Below the pieces are notes generated by a model. That model did not search any database. It was not told the DNA's origin and saw only the letters and a list, made by a program, of their open reading frames with translations. Source: Chiloscyllium plagiosum (Eukaryota). Taken from it: 64,000 nt of DNA. The stretch spans positions 513,248 through 577,247 of the forward strand of contig NC_057751.1 of assembly GCF_004010195.1 (NCBI RefSeq), given 5' to 3'. Position numbers and translations under genes: made by a program. Position 1 is the stretch's first letter, and each line of letters begins with the position of its first letter. Of this stretch, positions 63,347 to 64,000 are shown in pieces.

Positions 63347-64000
63347 TTAAATATTTCAGTGTCTATTGATGATTTTAGGTTTCTGATTAAAAACTCATTT
63401 ACTACATTTAACATTTTTTTATCTCTCATAAAATTGTATTGGACATCATCGTCCCAATTTAAAGAGTTTTTAACTATATGGAGCTGTTATCAAATATGTA
63501 AACTGGCAGTCACTCTGCTGTGATAATAAAACGTTGTGAAATCCACCATGTAGTAATCTAGTCATGGTAGGGAGGGTTATAGCAACAGAGTGAAACAACA
63601 TGCTTTCTTTTTTGAGAGCAGACAGTTTTTTTCCCAAATACATGCAGAGTAATTTTAGATGCAAGCTTGACTACTCCCTTTATGACCACTTTCACAGTTC
63701 TCCTGACAGTTCCAATGAATGAAGGCCACTTGACCTCTCCCAAAGGGCACCTGATCTCTGCAAAAGCTGCCATGGAACCATATCCCAGAGGCCTCCTTCC
63801 CAAAGAATTCTGGCAAATGTAGACCTATTCCTACTGTTATGAAGATGTGGGTGTACTAAACCTTTTAAGAGAGTTAAAACCTAACAGTGACAGCCCCAAG
63901 TGTTCTCAGTAAGACACAATGTAACATGTACTTCAGCTACTGGGGCAGTGGTTGCCTGGAAACGACAAACAACAGATTAGAATTAGGCCAATTAGTTTAA

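Noticed and set aside
37900..64000. Neighbouring protein-coding gene such as PGAM2, adjacent to DBNL in human
   Set aside because: No phosphoglycerate-mutase or other recognisable host peptide in the ORF track or by eye; short exons could have been missed.

Overview
Eukaryotic, repeat-rich genomic DNA from a cartilaginous fish (HE1-type SINEs point to a shark or ray; the species cannot be determined from the sequence alone). The + strand carries a drebrin-like gene (DBNL/HIP-55/mAbp1; N-terminal ADF-H domain, charged helical region, Pro/acidic linker, C-terminal SH3). It has 14 GT-AG coding exons at 6292-36301 that splice in frame, plus a candidate 21-nt microexon. Its first exon was not found and is probably upstream of the window; poly(A) signals lie at about 37.75-37.8 kb. 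Introns and the downstream 26 kb are filled with CR1 LINE fragments, HE1 SINEs, a second tRNA-type SINE, solo LTRs, a Tx1/L1 fragment and many Penelope-like element (PLE) insertions. The most notable hidden layer is more than a dozen minimal hammerhead-ribozyme motifs from at least three PLE families. They mostly sit in fold-back insertions with 12-16 bp target-site duplications, and several are sense-oriented in DBNL introns. Repeat boundaries were read by eye and are approximate; three N-gaps limit interpretation.
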